A stretch of 64,000 nucleotides of DNA, taken from Tubulanus polymorphus. Its lineage: Eukaryota; Animalia; Nemertea. The notes under the pieces are model-generated. The model saw nothing but the letters and a program-made list of their open reading frames with translations. It searched no databases and was not told the origin of the DNA. The stretch's first letter is position 1. Each line of letters starts with the position of its first letter. The stretch spans positions 14,106,485 to 14,170,484 of the forward strand of contig NC_134027.1 of NCBI RefSeq assembly GCF_964204645.1, read 5' to 3'. The translations under genes were made by a program, and so were the position numbers. This document shows positions 63,830 to 64,000 of this stretch, in pieces.

Positions 63830-64000
63830 AAAGCCGAGGACACACTGGGCGATTTCGTCGGTAAAATCGCCGGTAAAATCGCTCAGTGTGTCCAGGCAAT
63901 CGCCTTCGGCGATTTAGTTTCCCGACGAAATCGACCGAATCCAACGTGTTGGATTCTGTCGCCGGTGACAGAATCGCCCAGTGTGTCCGGGTACGGCAAT
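63830..64000. mobile_element. Start of a palindromic MITE (Harbinger-like), cut by the window edge
   Basis: GGACACACTGGGCGATT with inverted copies ATCGC(T/C)CAGTGTGTCC at ~63878 and ~63973. Confidence 0.55.

Overview
AT-rich eukaryotic DNA with GT-AG introns, inferred to be from an invertebrate animal. It is made almost entirely of nested transposable elements, and no intact cellular gene is visible. Main contents: (1) two Penelope-like retroelements (RT + C-terminal GIY-YIG), each inserted as a head-to-head inverted pair with hammerhead ribozymes, a TSD and a 33-nt tail on one arm only; (2) three hAT-type elements with CAGGG-like termini and 6-bp TSDs; (3) a pogo-type and a Tc1/mariner-type transposase relic; (4) a complete BEL/Pao LTR element nested in an older BEL/Pao element; (5) a Gypsy element; (6) Helitron-like ends with internal tandem arrays and a ~2.6-kb satellite. 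Between these insertions, all on the minus strand, lie relic exons for a spliced tyrosine recombinase (~59.9-63.1 kb), an NRF1/EWG-like DNA-binding domain (~47.1-47.4 kb) and a SET methyltransferase (~23.1-24.0 kb). These may be remnants of a large recombinase-mobilised element, which is a hypothesis only. All calls were made by eye without database searches.
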